From positions 608,523 through 672,522 of the forward strand of contig CBDCQT010000011.1 of assembly GCA_965220745.1 (NCBI GenBank): a stretch of 64,000 nucleotides of DNA, given 5' to 3'. Of this stretch, positions 21,403 through 33,171 are shown one piece after another. Source of the DNA: Alphaproteobacteria bacterium. Lineage in GTDB: Bacteria; Pseudomonadota; Alphaproteobacteria; UBA828. The notes under the pieces are model-generated. The model was not told the DNA's origin. It was given only the letters and a program-made list of their open reading frames with translations, and ran no database searches. The position numbers were made by a program, and so were the translations under genes. How positions within the stretch are numbered: the stretch's first letter is position 1; each line of letters begins with the position of its first letter.

Positions 21403-24051
21403 TTATCGCGACGAAGAGGCGAGGCGCTGCCACCAGCCGCGCCGCCGGGGGCGCTCACCCTCGATATCGTCCGGCGGAAGCACCGCGGTGGGCGCGTCGC
21501 CGCTGTCGTCGACCGAAGGAGCCTCGCTCCCGTCGGAGACCTCAACAGCCTCCGGGCGCGATGCGTCGTCCGATCCGTTACCACTCGCTGCGGTCGCCTG
21601 CGGGCCATCGATGGCCGCTGGCTCAGGCAAGGGCGCCGGCGCCGACGGCGCAAACACCGGTGCCGGCGGTGCCTCAAGCTCAGGCTCGGATGTGGCTGGG
21701 GCCGGCGCGCTCGCGTCGTTGGCGGGGGTGGCGGCTTCTTCGGCGGTGGGAGTTGCAGGGGCCGCCGGGGGCTCGACCTCAGCCGCAGACGCGGGTGATG
21801 CGTCTCCCTCTGCCGCGAGCGGAGGGGTCGTCTCCTCGGCTGCTGCGCCGGGAGTCTCGCGCGCCTCCTCCTGCCGCTCCTGCTGTTTTGAGGTGCGGCT
21901 GCGCCCACCTCGCCGGCCTCGACGCCGGCGCTTGGCGCGAGGAGCATCTTCGGTCTTCTCGGCCTTGTCGTCCGCTGCGGCTGCCGACTCCTCCTTCTCG
22001 TCCTCAGAGCCGCCTTCGGCTGGGGTCACCTCAGCCGGTGCGGAGGTGGCAGCCTCGGCCGGGGCTTCCTCCGCCCCCTCGCCACGCGGCTTGCGCCGGC
22101 GCCGACGGCGGCGCTTGGTCGGCTCCGCGGACTCGCCCTTGGTCTCCTGCTTGGCCTTGCTCTCGCGCTGGGGCGCCTCGTCTGCCTCTTCCTCCGCAGG
22201 CTCCTCGACCGGTGCGGGCCGGGCTGCGAGCCGCTCGATCGCGTAGCTCGGCGGCACGAGGCTGTCGTCCTGCTCGAAGCTGACGGCGAACGCGTAGCGC
22301 TGCTCGATCTCCTCCAGCATCCGGCGCTTGCGGTTGAGGATGTAGAGCCCGACGGCGGCCGGCACGCGCAGCAGGATCTCGGCGCTCCGCCCCTGCAGCC
22401 CTTCCTCCTCGATGGCTCTGAGCGCGTGGACTGCGGACGACTCCACCGAGCGTCTGACGCCGGTGCCGGCGCAGCTCGTGCAGCGCTCCATGCTGGCTTC
22501 CACCAGGCTCGGGCGCAGCCGCTGGCGCGAGAGCTCCATCAGGCCGAAGGGGCTGATCCGGCCCATGCGAATGCGCGCGCGGTCGATCTTCATCGACTCC
22601 TTGAACTTGCGTTCCACCGCCCGCTGGTTGCGGTTCTCGTCCATGTCGATGAAGTCGATGACGATCAGCCCGGCGAGGTCGCGCAGCCTGAGCTGGCGGG
22701 CGATTTCCTCCGCCGCTTCCAAGTTGGTCCTGAGCGCGGTCTCCTCGATCGTGCGCTCCTTGGTGGCCCGTCCCGAGTTGACGTCGATCGCCACCAGCGC
22801 CTCGGTCGGGTTGATGACCAGGTAGCCGCCCGACTTGAGCTGGAGCTCAGGGCCATACATGGAATCGAGTTGGCTCTCGATCTGATAGCGGACGAAGAGG
22901 GGAATTCGGTCCCGATAGGGTTTCACGCGAGAGGCGTGGCTCGGGATCATGGTCTTCATGAACGTCTTTGCGGTCTTGTAGCCCTCGTCCCCCTCGATCA
23001 GGATCTGCTCGATGTCGCGCGTGTAGAGGTCGCGGATCGAGCGGCGGATGAGGTTGGCCTCCTCGTTGATGACGCAGGGCGCCATCGATTCCATCGTGAG
23101 GTCGCGGATGTTCTGCCAGCGGCGCAGCAGGTATTCCAGGTCGCGCCTGATCTCCGTCTTCGAGCGCGAAAGCCCGGCGGTCCGCACGATGACCGCCATG
23201 CGCGCCGGGATATCGAGATCGGCCATGATTTTCTTGAGGCGACGCCGGTCGTCGGCGTTGACGATCTTGCGCGAGATGCCTCCGCCCCGGATCGCATTGG
23301 GCATGAGCACGATGTAGCGTCCGGCGAGCGAGAGATAGGTGGTGAGCGCCGCGCCCTTGTTGCCGCGTTCCTCCTTGACCACCTGCACCAGCAGGATCTG
23401 GCGCTTCTTGATGACCTCCTGAATGCGGTAGCGGCGGCTGAGCAGCGAGCGGCTGGCCTGAAGGCGCCGCCGCTCCAGGTCGTCCAGCTCGTCCCCGCCC
23501 ATGACCTCGACATCGCCGTTGGCACTGGCATCGCCGTTGGCCCCGCCATTGCCGTCGTCGGCGCCGTTGGCCTGGGCGGTCCCGTCATCGCTGCTGCCGT
23601 CACCGTCGGCGGCGGCCACCTCCGTATTCTCGGGGGCGTCCGCCGGCTCGGGCTGAGCATCGCCCTCGGGCGACGCCTCGCCTTCGGCCGCGGCCTCGCC
23701 GTCGGCACCGTTCTCGGCCGCTGCGGCCGGCGAGGCGGCGGCGGGCTCTTCGGCGTCATCGACGGCATCCGCCGTCTCGGCATAGAGCGCCTCCCGGTCC
23801 GCGACCGGGATCTGGTAGTAGTCGGGGTGGATTTCGTTGAAGGGCAGGAAGCCGTGGCGATTGCCGCCGTAGTCGACAAATGCCGCCTGGAGCGAGGGCT
23901 CCACGCGCATGACCTTGGCGAGATAGACGTTTCCCTTGAGCTGCTTCCTGGCAGCCGATTCGAAGTCGAATTCCTCTAGGCGTGTTCCGTCCGCCACCAC
24001 CACGCGGGTCTCTTCCGCATGGCTGGCGTCGATGAGCATTCGTTTGGCCAT
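21403..24051 (-). CDS. rne: Ribonuclease E (Rne/Rng family)
   Basis: KRMLIDA.H.EETRV, S1 domain with acidic insert, DVNSG, DFIDM, CxxC Zn-link, disordered C-terminus ending in RRGWWQR. Confidence 0.95.
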   Translation of the reverse strand: MAKRMLIDASHAEETRVVVADGTRLEEFDFESAARKQLKGNVYLAKVMRVEPSLQAAFVDYGGNRHGFLPFNEIHPDYYQIPVADREALYAETADAVDDAEEPAAASPAAAAENGADGEAAAEGEASPEGDAQPEPADAPENTEVAAADGDGSSDDGTAQANGADDGNGGANGDASANGDVEVMGGDELDDLERRRLQASRSLLSRRYRIQEVIKKRQILLVQVVKEERGNKGAALTTYLSLAGRYIVLMPNAIRGGGISRKIVNADDRRRLKKIMADLDIPARMAVIVRTAGLSRSKTEIRRDLEYLLRRWQNIRDLTMESMAPCVINEEANLIRRSIRDLYTRDIEQILIEGDEGYKTAKTFMKTMIPSHASRVKPYRDRIPLFVRYQIESQLDSMYGPELQLKSGGYLVINPTEALVAIDVNSGRATKERTIEETALRTNLEAAEEIARQLRLRDLAGLIVIDFIDMDENRNQRAVERKFKESMKIDRARIRMGRISPFGLMELSRQRLRPSLVEASMERCTSCAGTGVRRSVESSAVHALRAIEEEGLQGRSAEILLRVPAAVGLYILNRKRRMLEEIEQRYAFAVSFEQDDSLVPPSYAIERLAARPAPVEEPAEEEADEAPQRESKAKQETKGESAEPTKRRRRRRRKPRGEGAEEAPAEAATSAPAEVTPAEGGSEDEKEESAAAADDKAEKTEDAPRAKRRRRGRRGGRSRTSKQQERQEEARETPGAAAEETTPPLAAEGDASPASAAEVEPPAAPATPTAEEAATPANDASAPAPATSEPELEAPPAPVFAPSAPAPLPEPAAIDGPQATAASGNGSDDASRPEAVEVSDGSEAPSVDDSGDAPTAVLPPDDIEGERPRRRGWWQRLASSSR

Positions 24052-24369
24052 TGTTGTGTTTTCTCCGTCCGGGAGCGCGCGGGGGCCTCAGCCTCCCGTA
24101 AGCGCGTCCGCGGGAACGCGATCCGGCGCCGCGCCGAAAGGGGGCCGCCGGCCGGCGCGCGGCGGTCTCGTCTTGCGACGGACCGCATCACGGCGGGGTC
24201 GGTCGGCTCGATGGTAGGCGGCTGCCGCATCGGACTCGTTCCGTGGTTTCGAGGTGTAGACTCACCGGACGCACCCGCTGCCCCCGGCTTCTTGCCGGGA
24301 AGCCACCGCCCCCGCCATCGTCTTGCGTGCGGTGCGGCGTGGCTCGTCCATCGGTCGTTTCGCACCCTT

Positions 24370-24398
24370 ATGATAGTGCCGCGGGCCGCTAAAAACAA
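24370..24398 (-). promoter_or_regulatory. Putative sigma70 promoter of rne (implies ~310-nt 5'UTR)
   Basis: Minus strand TTGTTT-17bp-TATCAT. Confidence 0.4.
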
Positions 24399-24454
24399 TG
24401 CGCTTGCCAATTTAGGGCAGCATACGTGCCGCAAAGGCGGCTGCCCGATCACCG

Positions 24455-24748
24455 TCAGGCAGCGACGAACCGGCGCACGGCGACCTCTTCCCGGTTCTGC
24501 TGTGCGTGCCAAAGATCGTATTGCATCTGCTGCTGCAGCCAGCTCTCCGGACTGCCGCCGAATGCCTGCGACAGGCGGATGGCCATTTCGGGCGAAATCC
24601 CGATCCGACCGTTGAGCAGCATGGACAGCGTGTTGCGCGATACCGCGAGCCCCTTCGCGGCTTCGGTCACGGTCAACCCGAGCGGTTCGAGGCACTGACG
24701 CCTGATGAACGCCCCGGGGTGGGGTGGGTTGTGCATGAGTGCCTGCAT
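24455..24748 (-). CDS. higA: HigA-family antitoxin (no cognate toxin adjacent)
   Basis: [53 protein letters not shown]. Confidence 0.9.
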   Translation of the reverse strand: MQALMHNPPHPGAFIRRQCLEPLGLTVTEAAKGLAVSRNTLSMLLNGRIGISPEMAIRLSQAFGGSPESWLQQQMQYDLWHAQQNREEVAVRRFVAA

Positions 24749-24770
24749 TTGAAGTATCGAGGCTCGTTAG

Positions 24771-24799
24771 ATTGTAATACGTAATACGACGTTTGTCAA
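24771..24799 (-). promoter_or_regulatory. Near-consensus sigma70 promoter of higA
   Basis: Minus strand TTGACA-aacgtcgtattacgtat(17)-TACAAT, containing a tandem GTAATAC repeat. Confidence 0.75.
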
Positions 24800-24879
24800 C
24801 GTGCACCTGAAGCGTGGCCCTACCCGCGACAAGCTGACTCAGGCCGTCGAAGGCATGGAAATTGTCGCCTGTCGCGGCG

Positions 24880-24908
24880 TTGACGCTCCTGGGGGCGCTC
24901 ACTACATT
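24880..24908 (+). promoter_or_regulatory. Putative promoter of hrcA
   Basis: TTGACG-17bp-TACATT, 32 bp before the hrcA start. Confidence 0.5.
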
Positions 24909-24940
24909 CAGGCCGCCCACCATAAGGACGAGATTGCAAG

Positions 24941-25978
24941 GTGTTGCGCGAACTGACCGACCGCTCGCGGGAGGTGCTCCGCCGGCTGGTCGAGGAATTC
25001 ATGGAAACCGGACAACCGGTGGGCTCGCGCACGCTCTCTCGCCGGCTCACAACCCCGGTCTCGCCCGCGACGGTGCGCAACGTCATGGCCGACCTGGAGG
25101 ATGCCGGCCTGCTTTATGCGCCGCATGTCTCGGCGGGGCGCCTGCCGACCCAGCTGGGCTTGCGCATATACGTGGACGGCCTGCTGGAGCTGGGCAGGCT
25201 CACCGAAGACGAGCGCGCCAGCATCGAGGGCAAGTGCCGGGCGGCGGGGCGCACGGTGGAGGAGATGCTGACCGAGACCACCGAAGCGCTTTCGGGCCTC
25301 TCGGGCTGCGCGGGGCTGGTGCTCGCGCCCAAGGCCGACGTGCCGTGCCGCCAGGTGGAGTTCGTGAGCCTCAGCCAGGGGCGCGCGCTCGCGGTCATGG
25401 TGACGGAGACGGGGCTGGTCGAGAACCGGGTGATCGACGTGCCGCCCGGCATGACCCAATCGCACCTGAGCCGCGCCACCAACTACCTGAACGCGCGGCT
25501 TGCCGACCGCACCCTCGCCGAGCTCGGCGACGAAATCCGCACCGAAATCGAGGAGCACCGGGCCCAGCTCGACGATCTCACCGCTCGCGTCGTCGAAGCC
25601 GGGATCGCCGAATGGTCGAATGGGGCGCGCGAGCACGGCAGCCTGATCGTGCGCGGCCGGGCCAACCTGATCGAGGATGTCACCGCGCTCGCGGACCTCG
25701 AACGCATCCGGCAGCTGTTCGACGCGCTGGAGGAGAGGAACGACTTCATCAAGCTGCTGGAGAGCACCGAAGGCGCGGATGGGGTCCAGATCTTCATCGG
25801 GGCGGAAAGCACGCTCTTCGCCTCCACCGGCTGCTCCATGGTGGTCGCGCCCTATCGCGATTCCGAGGCGCGCTTCATCGGGGCCATCGGCGTGATTGGG
25901 CCGACCCGGATCAACTATGGCCGCATCATCCCGATGGTCGATCACACGGCCGCCATCATCGGCCGGGTGCTCGGGTGA
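24941..25978 (+). CDS. hrcA: Heat-inducible transcription repressor
   Basis: PVGSRTL, SPATVRNVMADLE, PHVSAGRLPT, GVIGPTRINY. Confidence 0.95.
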   Translation: MLRELTDRSREVLRRLVEEFMETGQPVGSRTLSRRLTTPVSPATVRNVMADLEDAGLLYAPHVSAGRLPTQLGLRIYVDGLLELGRLTEDERASIEGKCRAAGRTVEEMLTETTEALSGLSGCAGLVLAPKADVPCRQVEFVSLSQGRALAVMVTETGLVENRVIDVPPGMTQSHLSRATNYLNARLADRTLAELGDEIRTEIEEHRAQLDDLTARVVEAGIAEWSNGAREHGSLIVRGRANLIEDVTALADLERIRQLFDALEERNDFIKLLESTEGADGVQIFIGAESTLFASTGCSMVVAPYRDSEARFIGAIGVIGPTRINYGRIIPMVDHTAAIIGRVLG

Positions 25979-26040
25979 GCGAGGGCAAATCGCGCCCGGC
26001 GCGACGGCGCCCGTGGGCGCGGAAGGAAACGAAGGAGACC

Positions 26041-26775
26041 ATGCAGGACGAGACCGAACGGGCCGAGCCCGAACGAGCAGAGCCCGAACAGGCGGGACCT
26101 GAAACCGACGCCGCCGACCGGCCCGCAGAGCAGAGCAACGCGGGCGACGCCGAGGAGAACGCCGAGGACGCGGACGCTCTGGAAGCGCCCGACGTTGAAG
26201 ACGTTGCCGACGCCGAAGAGGATGAGGTGGAGGACGGGGAAGACGCGCTCAAGGATCAGCTCCTGCGCGCCCTTGCCGATGCCGAGAACGCGCGGCGCAG
26301 GGCCAAGAAGGACGTGGACGACGCGCGAAACTACGCAATTTCGCGCTTCGCCCAGGACCTGTTGGGCGTCGCCGACAATCTGGGCCGCGCACTGGAGAGC
26401 ATTCCCGCCGAGCGGCGCGAGAGCGACGACGCGGTGAAGGCGATTGCCGAGGGCATCGAGATGACGGCGCGGGAGTTCGAGACGGCGCTGGGGCGCCACG
26501 GCATCACCAGGATCGACCCGCTGGGCGAGAAGTTCGACTACAACCTGCACCAGGCGCTGTTCGAGACCGCGGAGACGGACCAGCCGGATGGCACCGTCGT
26601 CCAGGTCTTTCAGACGGGCTACAGGATCGGCGATCGCCTGCTGCGCGAGGCGATGGTGGGTGTGGCCAAGGGCGGCACTCCACCGGCAGCAGACGACGAA
26701 GCCGATCCCGAGGCCGAAGCCGAGGCGGAGACCGGGTCGGACGGCGCGGACGCGCCGGCGGATGAGCCCTCATGA
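26041..26775 (+). CDS. grpE: Nucleotide exchange factor GrpE
   Basis: LLRALADAENARRR, VADNL.RAL, FDYNLHQA, GYRIGDRLLREAMVGV. Confidence 0.94.
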   Translation: MQDETERAEPERAEPEQAGPETDAADRPAEQSNAGDAEENAEDADALEAPDVEDVADAEEDEVEDGEDALKDQLLRALADAENARRRAKKDVDDARNYAISRFAQDLLGVADNLGRALESIPAERRESDDAVKAIAEGIEMTAREFETALGRHGITRIDPLGEKFDYNLHQALFETAETDQPDGTVVQVFQTGYRIGDRLLREAMVGVAKGGTPPAADDEADPEAEAEAETGSDGADAPADEPS

Positions 26776-26800
26776 GCCTGCAGACGCGCCGTTCTGGACG

Positions 26801-26828
26801 CTTGCAGGGCGCAAATCTGCACCCATAT
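26801..26828 (+). promoter_or_regulatory. Sigma32 (RpoH)-type promoter of dnaK
   Basis: CTTGCA-N15-CCCATAT matches the alphaproteobacterial RpoH consensus. Confidence 0.65.
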
Positions 26829-26959
26829 TGACCATTGGACGCGGCGGTTGCCCGCCGCGAGGGGGGAGCCCCATGGGCATGAGGCATGGGGCAAAGGACA
26901 CGGGGCGCGAAGCGATGCATGACGTGGTCGTTCGGGCCTGCTGACAATAGGGACGAGAC

Positions 26960-28906
<1,947 letters not shown>

Positions 28907-28989
28907 GCCAGGGGCGGGCGGCTCCCGTGGGCGCGGAGGCTGTCGGCGGCCGTCGGGCTGTGGGCCACGCCCGAGCGGGGCGCTGAACC

Positions 28990-30129
28990 ATGGCCAAGGC
29001 CGACTATTACGACCTTCTCGGCGCCTCCCGCGACGCCAGCGAGGACGATCTCAAGAAGGCCTATCGCAAGCTCGCGATGCAATACCATCCGGACCGCAAT
29101 CCGGATGACCAGGCCGCCGAGCAGAAGTTCAAGGAGATTTCCGAGGCCTACCACGTGCTCTCCGACAAGGAGAAGCGTGCGGCCTACGACCGCTTCGGCC
29201 ATGCCGCCTTCGACGGTGCGAGCGGGGGCCCCGGCGCGGGCGGATTCGACTTCGGCACGAGCTTTGCCGACGTCTTCGACGACCTGTTCGGCGACTTCAT
29301 GGGTGGCGGCCAACGCCGCGGCGGCCGGCGGCAGCCGGCCCGCGGGGCGGATCTCCGCTACAACATGGAGATCACGCTGGAGGACGCCTACAACGGCAAG
29401 CAGGCGACGATCCGCGTTCCCGGCACCGTGAACTGCGAGCCCTGCGGCGGCTCCGGCGCCCGCGCCGGCACTCGGCCTTCGGCCTGTGGGACCTGCGGCG
29501 GCGCAGGCAAGGTGCGGGCGCAGCAGGGTTTCTTTACCATCGAGCGGACCTGCCCCACATGCCAGGGCGCGGGCCAGGTGATCGCCGACCCCTGCCCCAA
29601 CTGCCGGGGCGCAGGCCGGGTGCAGAAGGAGAAGTCGCTCTCGGTCAACATCCCGACGGGTGTCGAGGACGGCACCCGCATCCGCCTCGCCGGCGAGGGC
29701 GAGGCCGGCGCGCGTGGCGCCCCGCCGGGCGATCTCTACATCTTCCTGTCGGTCGAGCCGCACCCCATCTTCCAGCGCGACGCGATGCACGTTCACTGCC
29801 GCGTGCCTATCCCGATGACCACGGCGGCGCTCGGCGGAGCGGTCGAAGTGCCGACGGTTGGCGGCAGCCGCGCGCGGGTCACGGTGCCGGCGGGCACCCA
29901 GTCGGGGCACCAGTTCCGCTTGCGCGGCAAGGGCATGCCGGCGTTGCGGGGCTCCGGCCACGGCGACATGTACATCGAGGTCGCGGTGGAGACGCCGGTC
30001 AACCTCAGCAAGCGTCAGAAGGAGCTGCTGAAGCAGTTCAACGAGCAGGGCGGCTCACGCCCGACCAGCCCGGAGTCCGAAGGCTTCTTCTCCAAGGTGA
30101 AGGAGCTCTGGGAGGACCTGAAGGACTAG
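28990..30129 (+). CDS. dnaJ: Chaperone DnaJ
   Basis: J domain HPD, G/F region, four CxxCxGxG repeats. Confidence 0.97.
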   Translation: MAKADYYDLLGASRDASEDDLKKAYRKLAMQYHPDRNPDDQAAEQKFKEISEAYHVLSDKEKRAAYDRFGHAAFDGASGGPGAGGFDFGTSFADVFDDLFGDFMGGGQRRGGRRQPARGADLRYNMEITLEDAYNGKQATIRVPGTVNCEPCGGSGARAGTRPSACGTCGGAGKVRAQQGFFTIERTCPTCQGAGQVIADPCPNCRGAGRVQKEKSLSVNIPTGVEDGTRIRLAGEGEAGARGAPPGDLYIFLSVEPHPIFQRDAMHVHCRVPIPMTTAALGGAVEVPTVGGSRARVTVPAGTQSGHQFRLRGKGMPALRGSGHGDMYIEVAVETPVNLSKRQKELLKQFNEQGGSRPTSPESEGFFSKVKELWEDLKD

Positions 30130-30196
30130 ATGCTCAATCTCCGTCGCACGGATGCCCGCGGCTAACGAGGCGTAGGACCAGTGGAGGGCCGGGCTG

Positions 30197-30299
30197 GTAG
30201 GCCCGGACGGCGCGACTGCGCCGCGCGCCGAATGGCGCGTAGCGTCGCGCGTTCACGCGCGCGGAGCGCACGATCGAGCGGAGCGAGCGCCCGGCGCCT
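30197..30299 (+). repeat. GTAG REP-like palindromic element carrying the CGCGCG mini-module
   Basis: Starts GTAGGCCCGGA and ends gagcggagcgagcgcccgg. Internal 30245-30272 matches the modules at 55306-55335 and 61132-61158. Confidence 0.45.
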
Positions 30300-30322
30300 G
30301 AGGGATAGTGAAAGGGGAAGCG

Positions 30323-31123
30323 ATGCAGATCGGAATTCCGGGCGCCGCCGGGCGCATGGGCCAGGCGCTGACCCGTCAGGTAACAGCGACCGACGGCTGC
30401 ACTGTGGTCGCCGCGACCGAGGTTCCCGACCATCCTGCGCTCGGACGGGACTGTGGCCCGCTTGCCGGGATCGAGCCGCTCGGCGTCGCGGTGGGCGACG
30501 ACGCGCAGGCGATGTTCCGGGCCGCTGACGCGGTGCTCGACTTCACCCTGCCGGGAGCCGCCGCCCGCCACGCCGAGCTTGCGGCGGCCGAAGGCACGAT
30601 GCTGGTGATCGGCACCACGGGCCTCGGTGCCAACGAGCAGACCGCGCTTGAGGCTGCGGCGGCGCAGGTCGCGGTGGTGCAGGCCCCCAACATGAGCCTG
30701 GCGGTCAATCTGCTGTTCAGGCTCACCGAGCAGGTCGCCGGCCTGCTGGACGACGACTACGACATCGAGATCGTCGAGATGCACCACCGGCACAAGATCG
30801 ACGCGCCGTCCGGCACGGCCTTGGGCCTCGGCCGGGCGGCGGCGCGAGGGCGCGGGGTCTCGTTCGATGAGGTCGCGGCGCGTGGTCGCGATGGCGTGAT
30901 CGGTGCGCGTCCGCGAGGCGAGATCGGTTTAGCCGCGCTGCGCGGCGGCGATGTGACCGGCGAGCACAGCGTGATCTTCGCGGCCGACGGCGAGCGGCTG
31001 GAGCTGGCGGTTCGCTCGTCCAACCGGCAGACCTACGCCCGCGGCGCCGTGCAGGCCGCGCGCTGGGCAGCGGGGCGCGGGCCGGGCCTCTACACGATGG
31101 CGGACGTCCTCGGTCTCACCTAA
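30323..31123 (+). CDS. dapB: 4-hydroxy-tetrahydrodipicolinate reductase
   Basis: GAAGRMG, DFT.P, VIGTTG, EMHHRHKIDAPSGTA. Confidence 0.95.
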   Translation: MQIGIPGAAGRMGQALTRQVTATDGCTVVAATEVPDHPALGRDCGPLAGIEPLGVAVGDDAQAMFRAADAVLDFTLPGAAARHAELAAAEGTMLVIGTTGLGANEQTALEAAAAQVAVVQAPNMSLAVNLLFRLTEQVAGLLDDDYDIEIVEMHHRHKIDAPSGTALGLGRAAARGRGVSFDEVAARGRDGVIGARPRGEIGLAALRGGDVTGEHSVIFAADGERLELAVRSSNRQTYARGAVQAARWAAGRGPGLYTMADVLGLT

Positions 31124-31147
31124 TTACCTCCACCCGTCGCAATCCTG

Positions 31148-32029
31148 TCAAACCTGCTTGGCCTCGATCACGCCGCGCCGGATCGCGCGGGTGCGGGTGA
31201 AGAGCGTCTCCAGATAGGCGCCGTCGCCGCGCCGGATGGCGCGCTGCAGCGCCGAGAGGTCCTCGCTGAAGCGGCCCAGCATCTCCAGCACGGCCTCCCG
31301 ATTCGTTAGGAAGATGTCGCGCCACATGATCGGATCCGAGGCGGCGATGCGCGTGAAGTCCCGGAATCCGGCCGCTGCGTACTTGAACACCTCTTCCTTG
31401 GTCTCCTCCTCGAGGTCGGTGACCGTGCCGACGATGTTGTAGGCGATCAGGTGCGGCAGGTGCGAGGTGATGGCGAGCACCGCGTCGTGATGGTCTGCGC
31501 TCATCAGCTCCACCGACATCCCGGCCATGCGCCAGAGCGCGGCGACGCGCTCGACCGCTGCGGGGTCGGCGTCTTCCGGCGGGGTCAGGATGCACCAGCG
31601 GCCCTCGAACAGCTCGGCGAAGCCCGCCTCGGGGCCGGAATGCTCGGTGCCCGCGACCGGGTGGCCGGGGATCAGGTGGACGCCCGGCGGCACGTGCGGC
31701 GACACCGCAGCGAACACCGCCTTCTTGACCGAGCCGACGTCGGTCAGGGTCGCCCCCTCGGCCAGATGCGGCCCGATTTTCGCGGCGAGCGGCGCGAACG
31801 TGCCGACCGGCGAGCCCAGCACCACCAGGTCGCAGCCTGCCACCGCTTCCGCAGGGTCCAGCGTCACCCGGTCGACGAAGCCGAGCTCCGTCGCCTTGTC
31901 GATGGTCGCCTGGCTGCGGGCGCAACCCACGATCTCGGTCGCGGGCACCTTCTGCCGCAAGACCCGTGCGAGCGAGGAGTTGACCAGGCCGAGGCCGATC
32001 AGCGCGACGCGGGAGAAGGGTTCGCTCAT
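31148..32029 (-). CDS. tyrA: Prephenate/arogenate (cyclohexadienyl) dehydrogenase
   Basis: IGLGLV, TDVGSVK, GHPVAGTEHSGP, SHLPHLIAY, GFRDFTRIA. Confidence 0.9.
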   Translation of the reverse strand: MSEPFSRVALIGLGLVNSSLARVLRQKVPATEIVGCARSQATIDKATELGFVDRVTLDPAEAVAGCDLVVLGSPVGTFAPLAAKIGPHLAEGATLTDVGSVKKAVFAAVSPHVPPGVHLIPGHPVAGTEHSGPEAGFAELFEGRWCILTPPEDADPAAVERVAALWRMAGMSVELMSADHHDAVLAITSHLPHLIAYNIVGTVTDLEEETKEEVFKYAAAGFRDFTRIAASDPIMWRDIFLTNREAVLEMLGRFSEDLSALQRAIRRGDGAYLETLFTRTRAIRRGVIEAKQV

Positions 32030-33153
32030 CGGTCGCCGCCCGCGTCTGCGCCCGCCGCAGGGGCCGCCATAAAGGCCTCCAGCGCCTGGGCCAGGGCCTC
32101 GTTCTCCGCCTCCAGGCCGATGGTGATCCTGAGGCAGTCGGCGAGGTGATAGGGCTCCATCCGCCGGGCGACGATGCCGCGTTCGGTGAGGAAGCGATCG
32201 GCCGCCGCAGCATCCCGCCCCGGCTCGTCGGGGAAGCGCACCAGCAGGAAGTTGCAGACGCTGGGCACGACGTGGAGCCCGGAGGCCCTGAGCCGCGCGG
32301 CAAGCGCACCGAGGCATTGCTCGTTATGCCGCCTGGCGCGCGCGATGTGCTCCTGATCCTCCAGCGCAGCGAGCGCCGCAGCCAGCGCCGCGGCGTTGGC
32401 GTTGAAGGGGCCGCGGATGCGGTGGAGCACGTCGATGATGGCGGGCGGCCCGTAGGCCCAGCCGAGGCGCAGCGCCGCAAGCCCGTAGGCTTTCGAGAAC
32501 GTGCGGGTCATCACCACGTTGGGGGCCATGCCGGCGAGGTCGAGGCCGGAATCGTAGCCTTCGGTGGGGGCGAACTCCGCGTAAGCCGAGTCGACCACCA
32601 GCACGACGTGCTCCGGCAGGCCGCCCCACAGCCGCCGGAGTTCGCCCTTCGGAATGTAGGTCCCGGTCGGGTTGTTGGGGTTGGCGAGGAAGACGATCCG
32701 GGTCCGCTCGGTCACCAGGTCCAGGATCGCGTCGACATCGGCGGTGTAGTCGGTCTCGGGTGAGACGACCGGCGTAGCGCCGACGGCGAGCGTCGCGATG
32801 GGATAGACCAGGAAGCCGTGGCGGCAATAGACGATCTCGTCGCCGGGGCCGGCATAGGCGTGGGCGACAAGCTGCAGCAGCTCGTCCGAGCCGTTGCCGC
32901 AGACGATGCGATCGGGATCGATACCGTGGAGCGCGCCAAGTGCCATGCGCAGCTCCGTGGCGCCGCCGTCAGGATAGCGGTGGAGCGATCCGGCAAGCTC
33001 CCGATAGGCCGCCTGCGCCTTGGGGCTTGGGCCCAGCGCGGACTCGTTGGAAGAAAGCTTGATGGTGTTGGCGTGGCCGCCCGCACTGGAGCGCCCGCCC
33101 ACGTAGGGCGAGATCTCCATGATTCCGGGGCGGGGAGTGGGTTGGACCGGCAT
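32026..33153 (-). CDS. hisC: Histidinol-phosphate aminotransferase
   Basis: KLSSNES, RYPD, GNGSDEL, ANPNNPTG, RTFSKAYGLAALRLG. Confidence 0.93.
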   Translation of the reverse strand: MPVQPTPRPGIMEISPYVGGRSSAGGHANTIKLSSNESALGPSPKAQAAYRELAGSLHRYPDGGATELRMALGALHGIDPDRIVCGNGSDELLQLVAHAYAGPGDEIVYCRHGFLVYPIATLAVGATPVVSPETDYTADVDAILDLVTERTRIVFLANPNNPTGTYIPKGELRRLWGGLPEHVVLVVDSAYAEFAPTEGYDSGLDLAGMAPNVVMTRTFSKAYGLAALRLGWAYGPPAIIDVLHRIRGPFNANAAALAAALAALEDQEHIARARRHNEQCLGALAARLRASGLHVVPSVCNFLLVRFPDEPGRDAAAADRFLTERGIVARRMEPYHLADCLRITIGLEAENEALAQALEAFMAAPAAGADAGGDR

Positions 33154-33171
33154 CGCTGGACCCGCTTCTCG

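Noticed and set aside
21403-22260. Low-complexity Ala/Glu/Pro and Arg-rich tracts in rne as a repeat element
   Set aside because: This is the normal intrinsically disordered RNase E scaffold region.
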